A stretch of DNA of 64,000 nucleotides from Candidatus Delongbacteria bacterium (lineage in GTDB: Bacteria > CAIWAD01), in the NCBI GenBank assembly GCA_963663545.1, contig OY760505.1, positions 2,912,001 through 2,976,000 of the forward strand, given 5' to 3'. The notes below the pieces were generated by a model. The model was not told the origin of the DNA. It saw only the letters and a program-made list of their open reading frames with translations, and made no database searches. This document shows, piece after piece, positions 18,974 through 27,945 of this stretch (the stretch's first letter is position 1; each line of letters begins with the position of its first letter). The position numbers were made by a program, and so were the translations under genes.

Positions 18974-20709
18974 GTCGCAGCATCGTAATCAATGTATCAC
19001 CGGCAGAGACCCGCGTTGCCATTCTGGAAGAAGAGCGACTGAGCGAGATCTTCGTTGAGCGTGCCGAGAAAGACCGGCGCTTGGGTGAAATTCGCCTGGG
19101 AAAGGTGATCAAAGTTGCGCGCGCAGTGCACGCGGCCTTTGTCAATGTCGGTATTGAAGCGGATGGCTTTCTGCCTTTTGCCGACTGCCGTCCCAATCTT
19201 CTTCCGCATCTGCGCGGAGCGGCTGCGGAAGCCCCCGAGCCGGAAGCGAGCGCAAAACGTCGGCGGCAACGCAAAGACCGCACCTTGTATCACAATGCTC
19301 CCATCAGTGAGGGGGAGCTGGTTCCGGTGCAGATCGTTAAGGAGCCCATTTCGACCAAGGGCGCGCGTTTGTCGATGCAGCTTTCATTGCCCGGGCGTTA
19401 CATGGTGCTGATTCCGCACGACCGCACAACGGGTGTCAGTCGGCGCATTAGCCAGGCTCGCGAGCGCAAGCGTTTGAAGGAGATTGCGCGCGAGCTGCGT
19501 CCCGAAGGCTGCGGCGTGATCATTCGCACTATTGCTGAAGGACACACGCAGGAAGAACTGCAGCACGACCTGAATGTCAGTCGGCGCATTAGCCAGGCTC
19601 GCGAGCGCAAGCGTTTGAAGGAGATTGCGCGCGAGCTGCGTCCCGAAGGCTGCGGCGTGATCATTCGCACTATTGCTGAAGGACACACGCAGGAAGAACT
19701 GCAGCACGACCTGAATGAGCTGCTGGAGAGTTGGGAGCGCATTCAGCGTCGCTTGAAGACGGCGCAGCCCGGTGAAGTAGTACACCGCGATCTAGGTATG
19801 GTCAGCGGCATTCTGCGCGATCTGTTTACAAAGGACATCGAGCACGTAGTGGTGGACAATCGTCAGCTGTTGCGCGAAGTTCGTGGTTATCTTCGCGAGG
19901 TGCAGCCGACGCTGGTGGATCGCATCGAGCTTTTCCGCGGGCGCGAGCCGGTTTTCGATCACTATGGTGTGGAGCCTGAAATCGAGAAGAGCCTGGAGCG
20001 CCGCGTCTGGTTGAAAGGCGGAGGAAGCCTGGTGATCGAGCACACCGAGGCGCTGGTTTCCATCGATGTCAATTCCGGGCGCTTTGCCCGCAAGAACAAC
20101 CTCGAAGAGAATGCGCTACGTGTAAACCTGGAGGCGGCGCGTGAAATCTGCCGCCAACTGCGGCTGCGTGATCTGGGTGGACTGGTTGTCATTGACTTCA
20201 TTGATATGCAGCAGGAAGACAATCGTCGCAAGCTGGAAACCGAGATGAAGGGCGAGTTGCGCAAGGATCGCGCGCAGACCGATGTTGCTCCGCTTTCGCG
20301 CTTCGGTTTGCTGGAGATGACTCGCGAGCGCGTACGACCCGCGCTGATTCACACTCTGCATCAGCCTTGCGGCGTTTGCGGCGGCACAGGCATGGTTCCC
20401 TCGCGCGATACCGTGATAAGCGAGCTGGAACGCTGGATACGTCGTTTCCGGGTTGCCACCGGCGAGCGCAGGCTTGAAATCAGCGTTGCCCCGGGGCTGC
20501 ACGAGTACTTAACAACGGGATTGCGCAGCCCGGTTCGCATTATGATGTGGCGGAACCTGATGCGCATCATTCTGAAGAAGTCCGAGCAACTGGAAGAGTG
20601 TGAGTACCGATGCTATTCTCTGAAGCAAGGCAAAGACCTGACTGCCGTTTACGCGCGCGGAGTGGGCACACAGCGCATGTTGGCGGGTTTGGAGGAGGAA
20701 CAGGAGTGA
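18970..20709 (+). CDS. rng: Ribonuclease E/G family (Rne/Rng, catalytic-domain length)
   Basis: S1 region AAFVNVG, VQIVKEPISTKGARL, IEHTEALVSIDVNSG, RLRDLGGLVVIDFIDM, CGVCGGTG Zn-link. Confidence 0.93.
   Translation: MSRSIVINVSPAETRVAILEEERLSEIFVERAEKDRRLGEIRLGKVIKVARAVHAAFVNVGIEADGFLPFADCRPNLLPHLRGAAAEAPEPEASAKRRRQRKDRTLYHNAPISEGELVPVQIVKEPISTKGARLSMQLSLPGRYMVLIPHDRTTGVSRRISQARERKRLKEIARELRPEGCGVIIRTIAEGHTQEELQHDLNVSRRISQARERKRLKEIARELRPEGCGVIIRTIAEGHTQEELQHDLNELLESWERIQRRLKTAQPGEVVHRDLGMVSGILRDLFTKDIEHVVVDNRQLLREVRGYLREVQPTLVDRIELFRGREPVFDHYGVEPEIEKSLERRVWLKGGGSLVIEHTEALVSIDVNSGRFARKNNLEENALRVNLEAAREICRQLRLRDLGGLVVIDFIDMQQEDNRRKLETEMKGELRKDRAQTDVAPLSRFGLLEMTRERVRPALIHTLHQPCGVCGGTGMVPSRDTVISELERWIRRFRVATGERRLEISVAPGLHEYLTTGLRSPVRIMMWRNLMRIILKKSEQLEECEYRCYSLKQGKDLTAVYARGVGTQRMLAGLEEEQE
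19434..19717 (+). repeat. Exact 141-bp tandem duplication inside RNase E/G
   Basis: 19434-19574 is identical to 19575-19715 (plus TG), giving a duplicated 47-aa block VSRRISQARER...LQHDLN. Confidence 0.95.
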
Positions 20710-20737
20710 ACTCCTTGACTCTTTTCTCTTTGTCTGC

Positions 20738-20766
20738 TTGACTCTCTTGATTGCCGAAATTATACT
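20738..20766 (+). promoter_or_regulatory. Sigma70-type promoter for rplU-rpmA
   Basis: TTGACT (20738-43), 17-bp spacer, TATACT (20761-66); GGAGG RBS downstream. Confidence 0.8.
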
Positions 20767-20798
20767 CATTGTCTTTGCAAATGTCGGAGGAAAGATAG

Positions 20799-21110
20799 AT
20801 GTACGCCATCGCTGAAATCGCCGGCCGCCAGGTTCAGCTCTCCCAAGGGCTGAAGTTGCGCGTCCCTAAGCTGGATCTCGAAGCCGGCGCCAAGCTTACG
20901 GTGGACCGCGTTCTGGCCCTTGTCGATGGCGAGAACAGCCGTTTCGGTGCCCCGGTGCTTGATGGAATGAAGATCGAGGCCACGGTGCTTGAGCACGGTC
21001 TCGGGCGCAAAGTGATCAACTTCAAGATGAAGCGCCGTAAAGGTTATCGTCGCAAGCACGGTCACCGTCAGGCCTACACCTTGATCAACGTCGATTCCAT
21101 CAGCGCCTGA
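20799..21110 (+). CDS. rplU: 50S ribosomal protein L21
   Basis: MYAIAEIAGRQ, KVINFKMKRRKGYRRKHGHRQ. Confidence 0.96.
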   Translation: MYAIAEIAGRQVQLSQGLKLRVPKLDLEAGAKLTVDRVLALVDGENSRFGAPVLDGMKIEATVLEHGLGRKVINFKMKRRKGYRRKHGHRQAYTLINVDSISA

Positions 21111-21134
21111 CGCCAAGGGAAAGGATAAGTACTC

Positions 21135-21380
21135 ATGGCACATAAAAAAGGTCAGTCCAGTACTCGTAACGGTCGCGATTCCAATCCCCAGTTTTTGGGT
21201 GTGAAGCGCTTCGGTGGCGAGCAGGTGGTGAGTGGCAATATTATCGTCCGCCAGCGTGGAACCCATTTCCATCCCGGTGCGAACGTGCGTCGCGGCAACG
21301 ATGACACCCTGTACGCTGTGGCAGAAGGCAAAGTGACCTTCCATCGTGGCCACGGTCGTCGTCTGGTGTCCGTCCTGTAG
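21135..21380 (+). CDS. rpmA: 50S ribosomal protein L27
   Basis: [26 protein letters not shown]. Confidence 0.97.
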   Translation: MAHKKGQSSTRNGRDSNPQFLGVKRFGGEQVVSGNIIVRQRGTHFHPGANVRRGNDDTLYAVAEGKVTFHRGHGRRLVSVL

Positions 21381-21438
21381 GACGCTCCGTCAGAACACCG
21401 CAGACTGCGAGCCCGTGAGGGCTACATGCTGAAGCTCA

Positions 21439-21470
21439 GGGCCCGTTCCTTCGTGGAGCGGGCCTTTTCT
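21439..21470 (+). terminator. Rho-independent terminator after rpmA
   Basis: GGCCCGTTCC-TTCGT-GGAGCGGGCC followed by TTTTCT. Confidence 0.8.
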
Positions 21471-21656
21471 GCTCGTATGCCGGGTGGCGAGAGGCCCGTG
21501 ATTTCTGGTGGCGAGTGTGTTTGCCTTATAGGAGTACTCAGAAGCTCTGTCTAACCTCTTTGCCTGGATCTATCGTAAATGCTGATATTGCAATCATTTG
21601 ATTGGCGATTCGTTGGACAGAACATTCAAGTACTCCTATCCTCTTCCTTTGGCGGT

Positions 21657-21690
21657 AAAATGAAGGACCCGCCCCTGCCAGGGCGGGTCC
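21657..21690 (-). terminator. Terminator for the minus-strand GIN-domain gene
   Basis: GGACCCGCCC-CTGCCA-GGGCGGGTCC hairpin, followed by TTCATTTT on the minus strand. Confidence 0.65.
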
Positions 21691-21726
21691 CACCGCAAAA
21701 GGTACTCGAATCAGAGAGGGGTAGGG

Positions 21727-22542
21727 TCAATAGAGGTTATCGGGGTAGTGGGTTCGAATGTGATCCACCGAACCGGCGCCGCTGGTGGAGATAGACAGCA
21801 GCTCGGGACTGCCGCTGTACTCTAATCCGCTAGAGCCACTGCAGCCCGCGGACAGCGTTTCCACGATATGCAGCTTTGCATCCGCAGCGCCCGACAATGC
21901 TACCGTGGCGTGATCTACAGTCAGGTTTTCAGCTTCAAGGCCTGAAGAGCCGGAGAGATCGAGAGACAAATTGTCTGCCACCCCGCTGGCGTTCACATCG
22001 CTGGCACCTGAGGCATCAAGATCCCAGTTGCTGCATTCCACATAGCCCAGGTTCAAGTCGCTGGCACCGCTGGCGTCAACTTCCAGACTGCTGCAAACAA
22101 GTCTGGCGATGGTGGCATCCGTAGCGCCGCTTAATTCGAACTCCAGCGAAGAGCACGTTACTGCATCGGCGTGCAGATCCACAGCGCCGGAAATGTTCAC
22201 GAAGTCCAGGCTTTCATCTACCGGCACGGTCAGTCGCATATCACACTTCGGGTTGTGATCTTCGCGGACACGCACATGAAGCACGCCGTTCTCAACTTCG
22301 CAACGCACGAGGGGCAGAAGATTATCATCGCACTCGACGCTGATGTGTCCGGGAGTGCCGCTGATCAATTCTACTGTCCAGACACCACCAACCGCGATGC
22401 CGTGATAGTCGTCCACATCGAAGTTGCCCTGCGCGGAAACACCGCTGCCACGAATTCCACTATCGAAATCCATGGCAAGGGCGCTGATGCTGGAAGAAAG
22501 CAGAACGGCCAGGCTTAGGGAGAAGAGAGAATTCTGTTGCAT
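21727..22542 (-). CDS. Secreted head GIN domain (DUF2807-like) beta-helix protein
   Basis: Signal peptide, IRGSG, VECDDNLL, repeated (L/A)SGA(S/T)D units; likely start ATG 22542 after GAGGA. Confidence 0.8.
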   Translation of the reverse strand: MQQNSLFSLSLAVLLSSSISALAMDFDSGIRGSGVSAQGNFDVDDYHGIAVGGVWTVELISGTPGHISVECDDNLLPLVRCEVENGVLHVRVREDHNPKCDMRLTVPVDESLDFVNISGAVDLHADAVTCSSLEFELSGATDATIARLVCSSLEVDASGASDLNLGYVECSNWDLDASGASDVNASGVADNLSLDLSGSSGLEAENLTVDHATVALSGAADAKLHIVETLSAGCSGSSGLEYSGSPELLSISTSGAGSVDHIRTHYPDNLY

Positions 22543-22659
22543 GGGGTCCTCAATCATGCTGCCTGCGTAGTGCCGGCAAAGTGGCGGGAACTGACGGTGC
22601 TCGGTGTGGGAGGTTTCACTGAAAAAGAGAATATACTCCTCTTCTTCGCAAAAGGATCC

Positions 22660-22684
22660 AAAGAAAAGGGCCCCGTAGGGCCCT
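22660..22684 (-). terminator. Terminator after the FGE-domain gene
   Basis: AGGGCCC-CGTA-GGGCCCT with a minus-strand T-run. Confidence 0.65.
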
Positions 22685-22707
22685 GGCGATACGCGATAGC
22701 TGAATTT

Positions 22708-23997
22708 TCAGCGCACCAGCAGCATCTTGCCTGTATGCATTTTATCCCCGACAAGTAGTGAGTAGAAGTAGACGCCGCTGGGAAGGTGGTTTGCAGTGAA
22801 GGTGACCCGCTTGCTTCCGGGATTCAGTGGACCCTGAATCAAGGTGTCAACCAGTCGACCGCGAAGATCGTGAACTTGCAGCTGCACTTCGGCAGGTGCT
22901 GGCAATGAGAAGCTGATCGTCGTTGTCGGATTGAAGGGGTTTGGATAGCAGCCAAGTTCGAAATTGCCTACATGAGGCGTGTTTATGGATGTCGCTCCAC
23001 CTTCGGTGATGTTTCGTGCTACGCGGAAGCCAAATGTTCCGCTGTACCAAGGGTAGGTGCCGCCGAAGTGTTCGGGGGGTCGCGATACGCGACAGTATTG
23101 CCTGAGCAAGTAATCGTAATCCAGGCGTGACGACCAAGATCCGCCTTTTAAAACGCGCTCTGTCCCCTGGCTTGGCCCCTTTGGATCAATCAGCGCTGTG
23201 TTGCTGGTTGGCGCGTACCAGTCGTTGGTCCACTCGAGCATGTTACCGGCCATGTCCTGCAGCCCCAGTTCACATTGCCCGGTCTCGTGAATGCCAACGG
23301 GCATGCTCCAGCCGTTACAATAGGCGTCCGGCCGGCAGTTCGCGTAGTAGCAGTCTGGCGTTTCTTCGCCCCAGGGATAGGTTCTCGAGTCCGGCCAGCG
23401 TGAAGCGTATTCCCACTCCGCCTCTGTAGGCAGATAGTAGCCTTCTGCCAGATAAGGATTATGCTCTTCCGAAACCGACCAGTCGCCGTTGTAGAAAGGG
23501 GGCAGATTTTCCATCTGGCTTAACCAGTCGCAGTAGGTGGCCGCTCCGTACCAGGTAACCATGCCTACCGGATGGGTCGCGGGATCGTAGCCGTAAGGGT
23601 AGGCCATTCCGGGTCCCCAATCGCCATTGCCAATTCCCGTTGGCGAATGCAGGATGAATGTGGACGTCGTCTCATCGTAGACGAATTCGTGAAAATCGTC
23701 TTCCCAGTCGTTCCACACGTGAGTTCGGCACAGGGGTACTCCGTGTTGATACACATACTCCCCGTCGATGCTGATCAGCTCTTGGGAGTTGGCCCAGTTC
23801 AGAGCCTCCAAGAACTGTTCATTCGTGATTTCAGTTCTGGCCAGCTGGTAGTCTGAGCTGAGAGTTACTTCATAAGGGACAAGCGCATAGAAGTTTGCGC
23901 CTAATCTCTGGGTCCCCGCCGGAACCTGCAGCATCTCTATACCTAAGGCAGTGCCGACCACGAGCAGGGCCGTACTGCAAAGTAGCGTGTGTTTCAT
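22708..23997 (-). CDS. Secreted FGE-sulfatase (SUMF1/CLec fold) protein with C-terminal sorting/Ig domain
   Basis: TEITN, HPVGMVTWYGA, LPTEAEWEYA, YPWG, GLQDMAGNMLEW, KGGSW, GFRVAR; C-terminal YPNPFNPTT...LPSGVYFY. Confidence 0.88.
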   Translation of the reverse strand: MKHTLLCSTALLVVGTALGIEMLQVPAGTQRLGANFYALVPYEVTLSSDYQLARTEITNEQFLEALNWANSQELISIDGEYVYQHGVPLCRTHVWNDWEDDFHEFVYDETTSTFILHSPTGIGNGDWGPGMAYPYGYDPATHPVGMVTWYGAATYCDWLSQMENLPPFYNGDWSVSEEHNPYLAEGYYLPTEAEWEYASRWPDSRTYPWGEETPDCYYANCRPDAYCNGWSMPVGIHETGQCELGLQDMAGNMLEWTNDWYAPTSNTALIDPKGPSQGTERVLKGGSWSSRLDYDYLLRQYCRVSRPPEHFGGTYPWYSGTFGFRVARNITEGGATSINTPHVGNFELGCYPNPFNPTTTISFSLPAPAEVQLQVHDLRGRLVDTLIQGPLNPGSKRVTFTANHLPSGVYFYSLLVGDKMHTGKMLLVR

Positions 23998-24101
23998 TGT
24001 CCCTCCGAGTGTGAATCGTGTGAGTAATGGGCAATAGGTACTTCTATCCTATACCAGAAGCAATCAAAAAGTGGGCCTCCTGTGATATCGGCTCGCTTGA
24101 G

Positions 24102-25115
24102 CTAATGCAGCGTCCGTGCGATACGAAAACCGTAAGTACCAGAGTAGAAAGGGACACCGCTGGGGCGTTCTGCGGGGACAGCCCAACGGTTTGCACAGAT
24201 CATATCATTGTCGACGGTGTTATCGATGCGCGCACCCCAACTGCCACCTTTCGTCAGCTTCTTCTCGCCCATCGCCGGTCCAATGGGATCGAGCTGCGGA
24301 CTTCGATCAGGAAGATAGTCCCAGTCGTTTGTGTATTCCAGCACATTGCCTGCCATATCAAGCAAGCCAAGCGCAGATTCCCCAAGTGGAAAACTGCCCA
24401 CAGGACAGGTCCACCCGACGCAGTAGTCGGGAAAGATCGGGCGGCAGTTGGCGTGGCTACAATCGGGATCTCCGTCGCCCCAGGGAAACAAGCGACCGTC
24501 GGGCCAGCGCGCCGCATATTCCCATTCCGCTTCCGTCGGGAGTCGATAGCCTTCGGCACTCACGGGATTGTGCTCAGCGTCGTTTGACCAATTACAATTG
24601 TAGTAGGGTGCGAGGCCTTCCTGCATACTCAGATAGTCACAGAATAATGCTGCCCCGTACCAGGTCGCAAACACTACCGGGTGATCCAAGGGGAGATAGC
24701 CATTTGGAAAGGCCACATCCGGTCCCCAGTTCGACATTTGTCCACGTCCGGCGCGTACCTGGAAATGCTGCGTCGAGGGTTCGAAGTAGATTTCGCTCGT
24801 CAGATATCGGTCCAGACGCAACTGGTAGATCGGATTCTCTGCCCAGAATAGCATGCCGTCTTCTTCGTGGATCAAGCTTTGCTGCCAGGCCCAATCCAGA
24901 AAAGCCACAAACTGGGAATTGCTGATCTCGGTAAGGCTCAGTAGATAGGGATGACTAATCGTTACGCTACGCGGTGGAGCATGCCGACCTTCGCCGCCAA
25001 GCTCTAGTGTTCCAGCGGGAACGTGGACGAATTCGGGAAGCACCACACCTTCGAGACCAAAGGAGGAAGACACCAGTGCAAGAAGAGCTATCGCAGAAAG
25101 AAGGCGCATGATCAT
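24102..25115 (-). CDS. Secreted FGE-sulfatase (SUMF1/CLec fold) paralogue without the sorting domain
   Basis: Start at ATG 25115 or 25109 gives signal peptide MRLLSAIALL; RLPTEAEWEYAAR, DMAGNVLEY, KGGSW, GFRIAR. Confidence 0.85.
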   Translation of the reverse strand: MIMRLLSAIALLALVSSSFGLEGVVLPEFVHVPAGTLELGGEGRHAPPRSVTISHPYLLSLTEISNSQFVAFLDWAWQQSLIHEEDGMLFWAENPIYQLRLDRYLTSEIYFEPSTQHFQVRAGRGQMSNWGPDVAFPNGYLPLDHPVVFATWYGAALFCDYLSMQEGLAPYYNCNWSNDAEHNPVSAEGYRLPTEAEWEYAARWPDGRLFPWGDGDPDCSHANCRPIFPDYCVGWTCPVGSFPLGESALGLLDMAGNVLEYTNDWDYLPDRSPQLDPIGPAMGEKKLTKGGSWGARIDNTVDNDMICANRWAVPAERPSGVPFYSGTYGFRIARTLH

Positions 25116-25126
25116 GGCTGGCAGGG

Positions 25127-25666
25127 CTACTCTTTCTTTTGCAGTCTCACGATATAGCAGCGGTCGGTCAGCAGTCGGAGGAAGGGACGCGGCCCGCGTA
25201 AATACTTCCACCAAGGCTTGTACAGGATGCGATACTCTTCCACAGCCTGTAACCCAGCTTTGTGAAATAGGAATTCTAGTTGGGCATAATCAAACTCTAC
25301 GACGTGATTTCCTGCACGAAAAGCCGGTGGTCGCCAAGGACTGATTATGGGTGTGGAGAGCCAAATGCTGCCGTCATCGGCCAGACTGTCAGCCATTTCC
25401 TTCAGCAGAAGCAGGGGGTTTCCCAAGTGTTCAAGCACTTCGAAGCATAGAATCGAGCCCCACCTGCCCGTGATTCCTCCCCAGTCCAGATCGTGACTTG
25501 TACTGCTGATACTAGCGCCCAACTCCTTGGCCAGACGATGCGTCCAGACGTTTTCGCCAATATCGAGAACCGGACCCTGCAGTCCATCCCGCTTCAGCAG
25601 CGCCTCCGTAAAGGACTGTCGCTTCGGATTCTGGAAGTGATCCGGGTTGTGCATGGGGTCAATCAT
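25127..25666 (-). CDS. Class I SAM-dependent methyltransferase-like protein
   Basis: VLDIG, ILCFEVLEHL, IWLSTP, HVVEF. Confidence 0.78.
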   Translation of the reverse strand: MIDPMHNPDHFQNPKRQSFTEALLKRDGLQGPVLDIGENVWTHRLAKELGASISSTSHDLDWGGITGRWGSILCFEVLEHLGNPLLLLKEMADSLADDGSIWLSTPIISPWRPPAFRAGNHVVEFDYAQLEFLFHKAGLQAVEEYRILYKPWWKYLRGPRPFLRLLTDRCYIVRLQKKE

Positions 25667-26871
25667 TGCTTTCCCTTCGGCTTATGCCACCCTAGCGAAG
25701 GAAAGGATCGCCACTGCCAGCGTGTTCCACTGTGCAGGACTCTTTCGTCGATTTCCGCCAGGATCAGTGTTCTAAACCAGGTGGACCAGATATCGGAGGC
25801 ATCTGTTGGACAGCGTAGGCTTTCCAGGCCGGAATAGGTCCATGTATCACGTTTCCCTGCAAGATCCAGGAGTCGGCCGCGCAGCAGGCGCAGGTTTTCA
25901 CCAGGCGAGAGCGAAGGCTTGAAGTTGCGTATCACAAAACCAAGCCCACCTTGCTTTCGCGCCCAACAAAAGCCGCCATCCATATTCCGATCGGCTATGA
26001 CAGCACTTGCGCAGCGCAACAGTGTCGCCTCGTCTTTTGTATCACCGAGTTTGACCAGCAAGTCAACACAATCAAAATCCTCACATGCTCCTCCGCCTCG
26101 CGAGTGAGCAAAAAAACCCTGAGAGGTTTGCAGCTTGCGTGTCCAGTACAGAAGCCGCTCGCCGCGTGGCACCGGCATGCCCGAGGCCAGGAAGAAAAAG
26201 ATGAAGTGATACGCGCCGTAAATCGCATTGTACACGCGACAACGGGGCTTGATACCCCATAAGCCGGTTTCGGGGTCCTGAACCTCCCGCAACCAATCAA
26301 GTCCCGTGTGATACAAGTGCAGCCAGCGCTCATCACCGGTTAAGGCGTATTCGTGCTCTAACAGGTATAAGGCAAACATCACCTTGTTGGATTCGCGCCA
26401 CGGATCACGCCAGTCCAGAGCCGTGAAGTAGTCGCGAAGCTTGGCCGGATTCTCCCAGCGATGCAGAAGTTGTATCACACTGACGGGCTTGCCAAGCAAA
26501 CGCAGTGCCTGCAGTGCGAAGTGGCTCTGCTGCAAAGCAATGTACTCGCGATCATGCCGTGGCCCCAGAGCCTCGCGATCCAGATTGATGTCAAACAGTC
26601 CGGAGTTTGTGTCACGCCAGGAAAGCAGCCGCTCGATGATGTTATCGGCCTCCGCTGAACTTGGCAGGGGAAGATCGCCATGCAGCTCGCGTAGGAACAC
26701 GGCAAACGCAGTGGAAAGGGGATGAACGGGCGCGTCCTGCCACAGACGATATCCGCCGGAACCATCCGCAAGGCCAGCCAGCCAGCGCAGACTTTCGTCG
26801 CGGAAGCGGGGATCAGCAAGACACGCGCGCAGCGACTCATAGGTGGCAGACATTGCACTCCTTCTTTCCAT
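25663..26871 (-). CDS. Prenyltransferase/squalene-oxidase-repeat (alpha/alpha toroid)-like protein
   Basis: QW-like repeats: DGSGGY, RDTNSGLF, QDPETGLWG, LQTSQGFF, RNMDGGFCW; overlaps the MTase start. Confidence 0.6.
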   Translation of the reverse strand: MERRSAMSATYESLRACLADPRFRDESLRWLAGLADGSGGYRLWQDAPVHPLSTAFAVFLRELHGDLPLPSSAEADNIIERLLSWRDTNSGLFDINLDREALGPRHDREYIALQQSHFALQALRLLGKPVSVIQLLHRWENPAKLRDYFTALDWRDPWRESNKVMFALYLLEHEYALTGDERWLHLYHTGLDWLREVQDPETGLWGIKPRCRVYNAIYGAYHFIFFFLASGMPVPRGERLLYWTRKLQTSQGFFAHSRGGGACEDFDCVDLLVKLGDTKDEATLLRCASAVIADRNMDGGFCWARKQGGLGFVIRNFKPSLSPGENLRLLRGRLLDLAGKRDTWTYSGLESLRCPTDASDIWSTWFRTLILAEIDERVLHSGTRWQWRSFPSLGWHKPKGKQ

Positions 26872-26958
26872 GCGGGTTATCTCCCGCGATGCAAAAGGAT
26901 ATATTAACGAAAGCTGGCTGCTGTGAGTGTCCCTTTGCAGCAGTGATCCGGCCTGTTG

Positions 26959-27945
26959 ATGATGATGGCAAAGAGGTACGCCTTGCGTCTTACGGTTTTG
27001 CTAGCGGTCTACAATGGAGCAGACGAGCTTCCACGCACCCTCGACTCTTTACTGTGCCAGGAGTTCACCGAGTTTGAGCTCCTCGTGGTCGATGATGGCA
27101 GTAGCGATGGATCAGGGGATGTAGCACGCAGTTTTGGTGATACAAGAATTCGCGTGATACGCCAGGAGAATCAGGGCCTGACGAGAGCACTGAATCACGG
27201 TATCCAAGAGGCGCGAGGCGAGTTGCTTGCACGCATCGACTGCGGGGATATGTGTCACCATGAGCGCCTGGCACGGCAGGTGGAGCTATTGGATTCACAT
27301 CCCGAGTTTCTCATGACGGGCTGCCGTGTGCGACGGGTCAGTAGCGAAGGAGAGCCACTTGGTGAGTCCGAGGTAATCACCGATCCAAAGCAGATTTACA
27401 GCGGATTGTTGCGCATCAATCTGTTTCAGCATTCCTCAATCATGGTCAGACGTGCTGCACTTCTTGCGCTTGGCGGTTACCGCGAGTTCTTTCGTTGCAG
27501 TCAGGATTATGATCTCTTTCTGCGGTTGAGCGAAATCGGCCAGCTGACCAATCTTCCGCAAACTCTATCCGACTGGGTGATGAACCCCGAATCCATCAGT
27601 TTCCGGAGGAGGCCGCTTCAGGCTGCCTACGCTGACATTGCACGACAATGTGCGCAGTTCCGGCGAAAGGGCGGTGTAGATCCAGTGGATGCTGGTTCTG
27701 TGTCACAGCCCGATTGTGAAGATTTAAGTCCGGCCGCCAGGCGTCGTGCATACTCATTGGAAGTAGCCCGTGCTGCCTTGATGGGGAACCGAACGCGCCG
27801 CGCTCGTCAGGAGTTGTCTGAATTGAATAAGCACGGTGGCCTGGGATATCGCGAATTTGCACTGTTGTGTTACAGCCTGCTTCCTGAACCGCTGCGAAAT
27901 GTAGTACGCGCCTACCGAGTGAGAAGATTGGTGGGGGTGCAATGA
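26959..27945 (+). CDS. Glycosyltransferase family 2
   Basis: VLLAVYNG, VVDDGSSDGS, NQGLTRALN, ARIDCGD, SQDYDLFLR. Confidence 0.92.
   Translation: MMMAKRYALRLTVLLAVYNGADELPRTLDSLLCQEFTEFELLVVDDGSSDGSGDVARSFGDTRIRVIRQENQGLTRALNHGIQEARGELLARIDCGDMCHHERLARQVELLDSHPEFLMTGCRVRRVSSEGEPLGESEVITDPKQIYSGLLRINLFQHSSIMVRRAALLALGGYREFFRCSQDYDLFLRLSEIGQLTNLPQTLSDWVMNPESISFRRRPLQAAYADIARQCAQFRRKGGVDPVDAGSVSQPDCEDLSPAARRRAYSLEVARAALMGNRTRRARQELSELNKHGGLGYREFALLCYSLLPEPLRNVVRAYRVRRLVGVQ

Noticed and set aside
21111..21134. Prp-type L27 processing arrangement
   Set aside because: No gene between rplU and rpmA and no N-terminal extension on L27; this is the ordinary layout.
21405..21430. AGCCC-GTGA-GGGCT hairpin after rpmA as an ncRNA
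   Set aside because: Only a 5-bp stem in a 3' UTR with no other support.
21381..25200. Complete diversity-generating retroelement around the FGE genes
   Set aside because: No reverse transcriptase, Avd-like ORF or template repeat found in the window.
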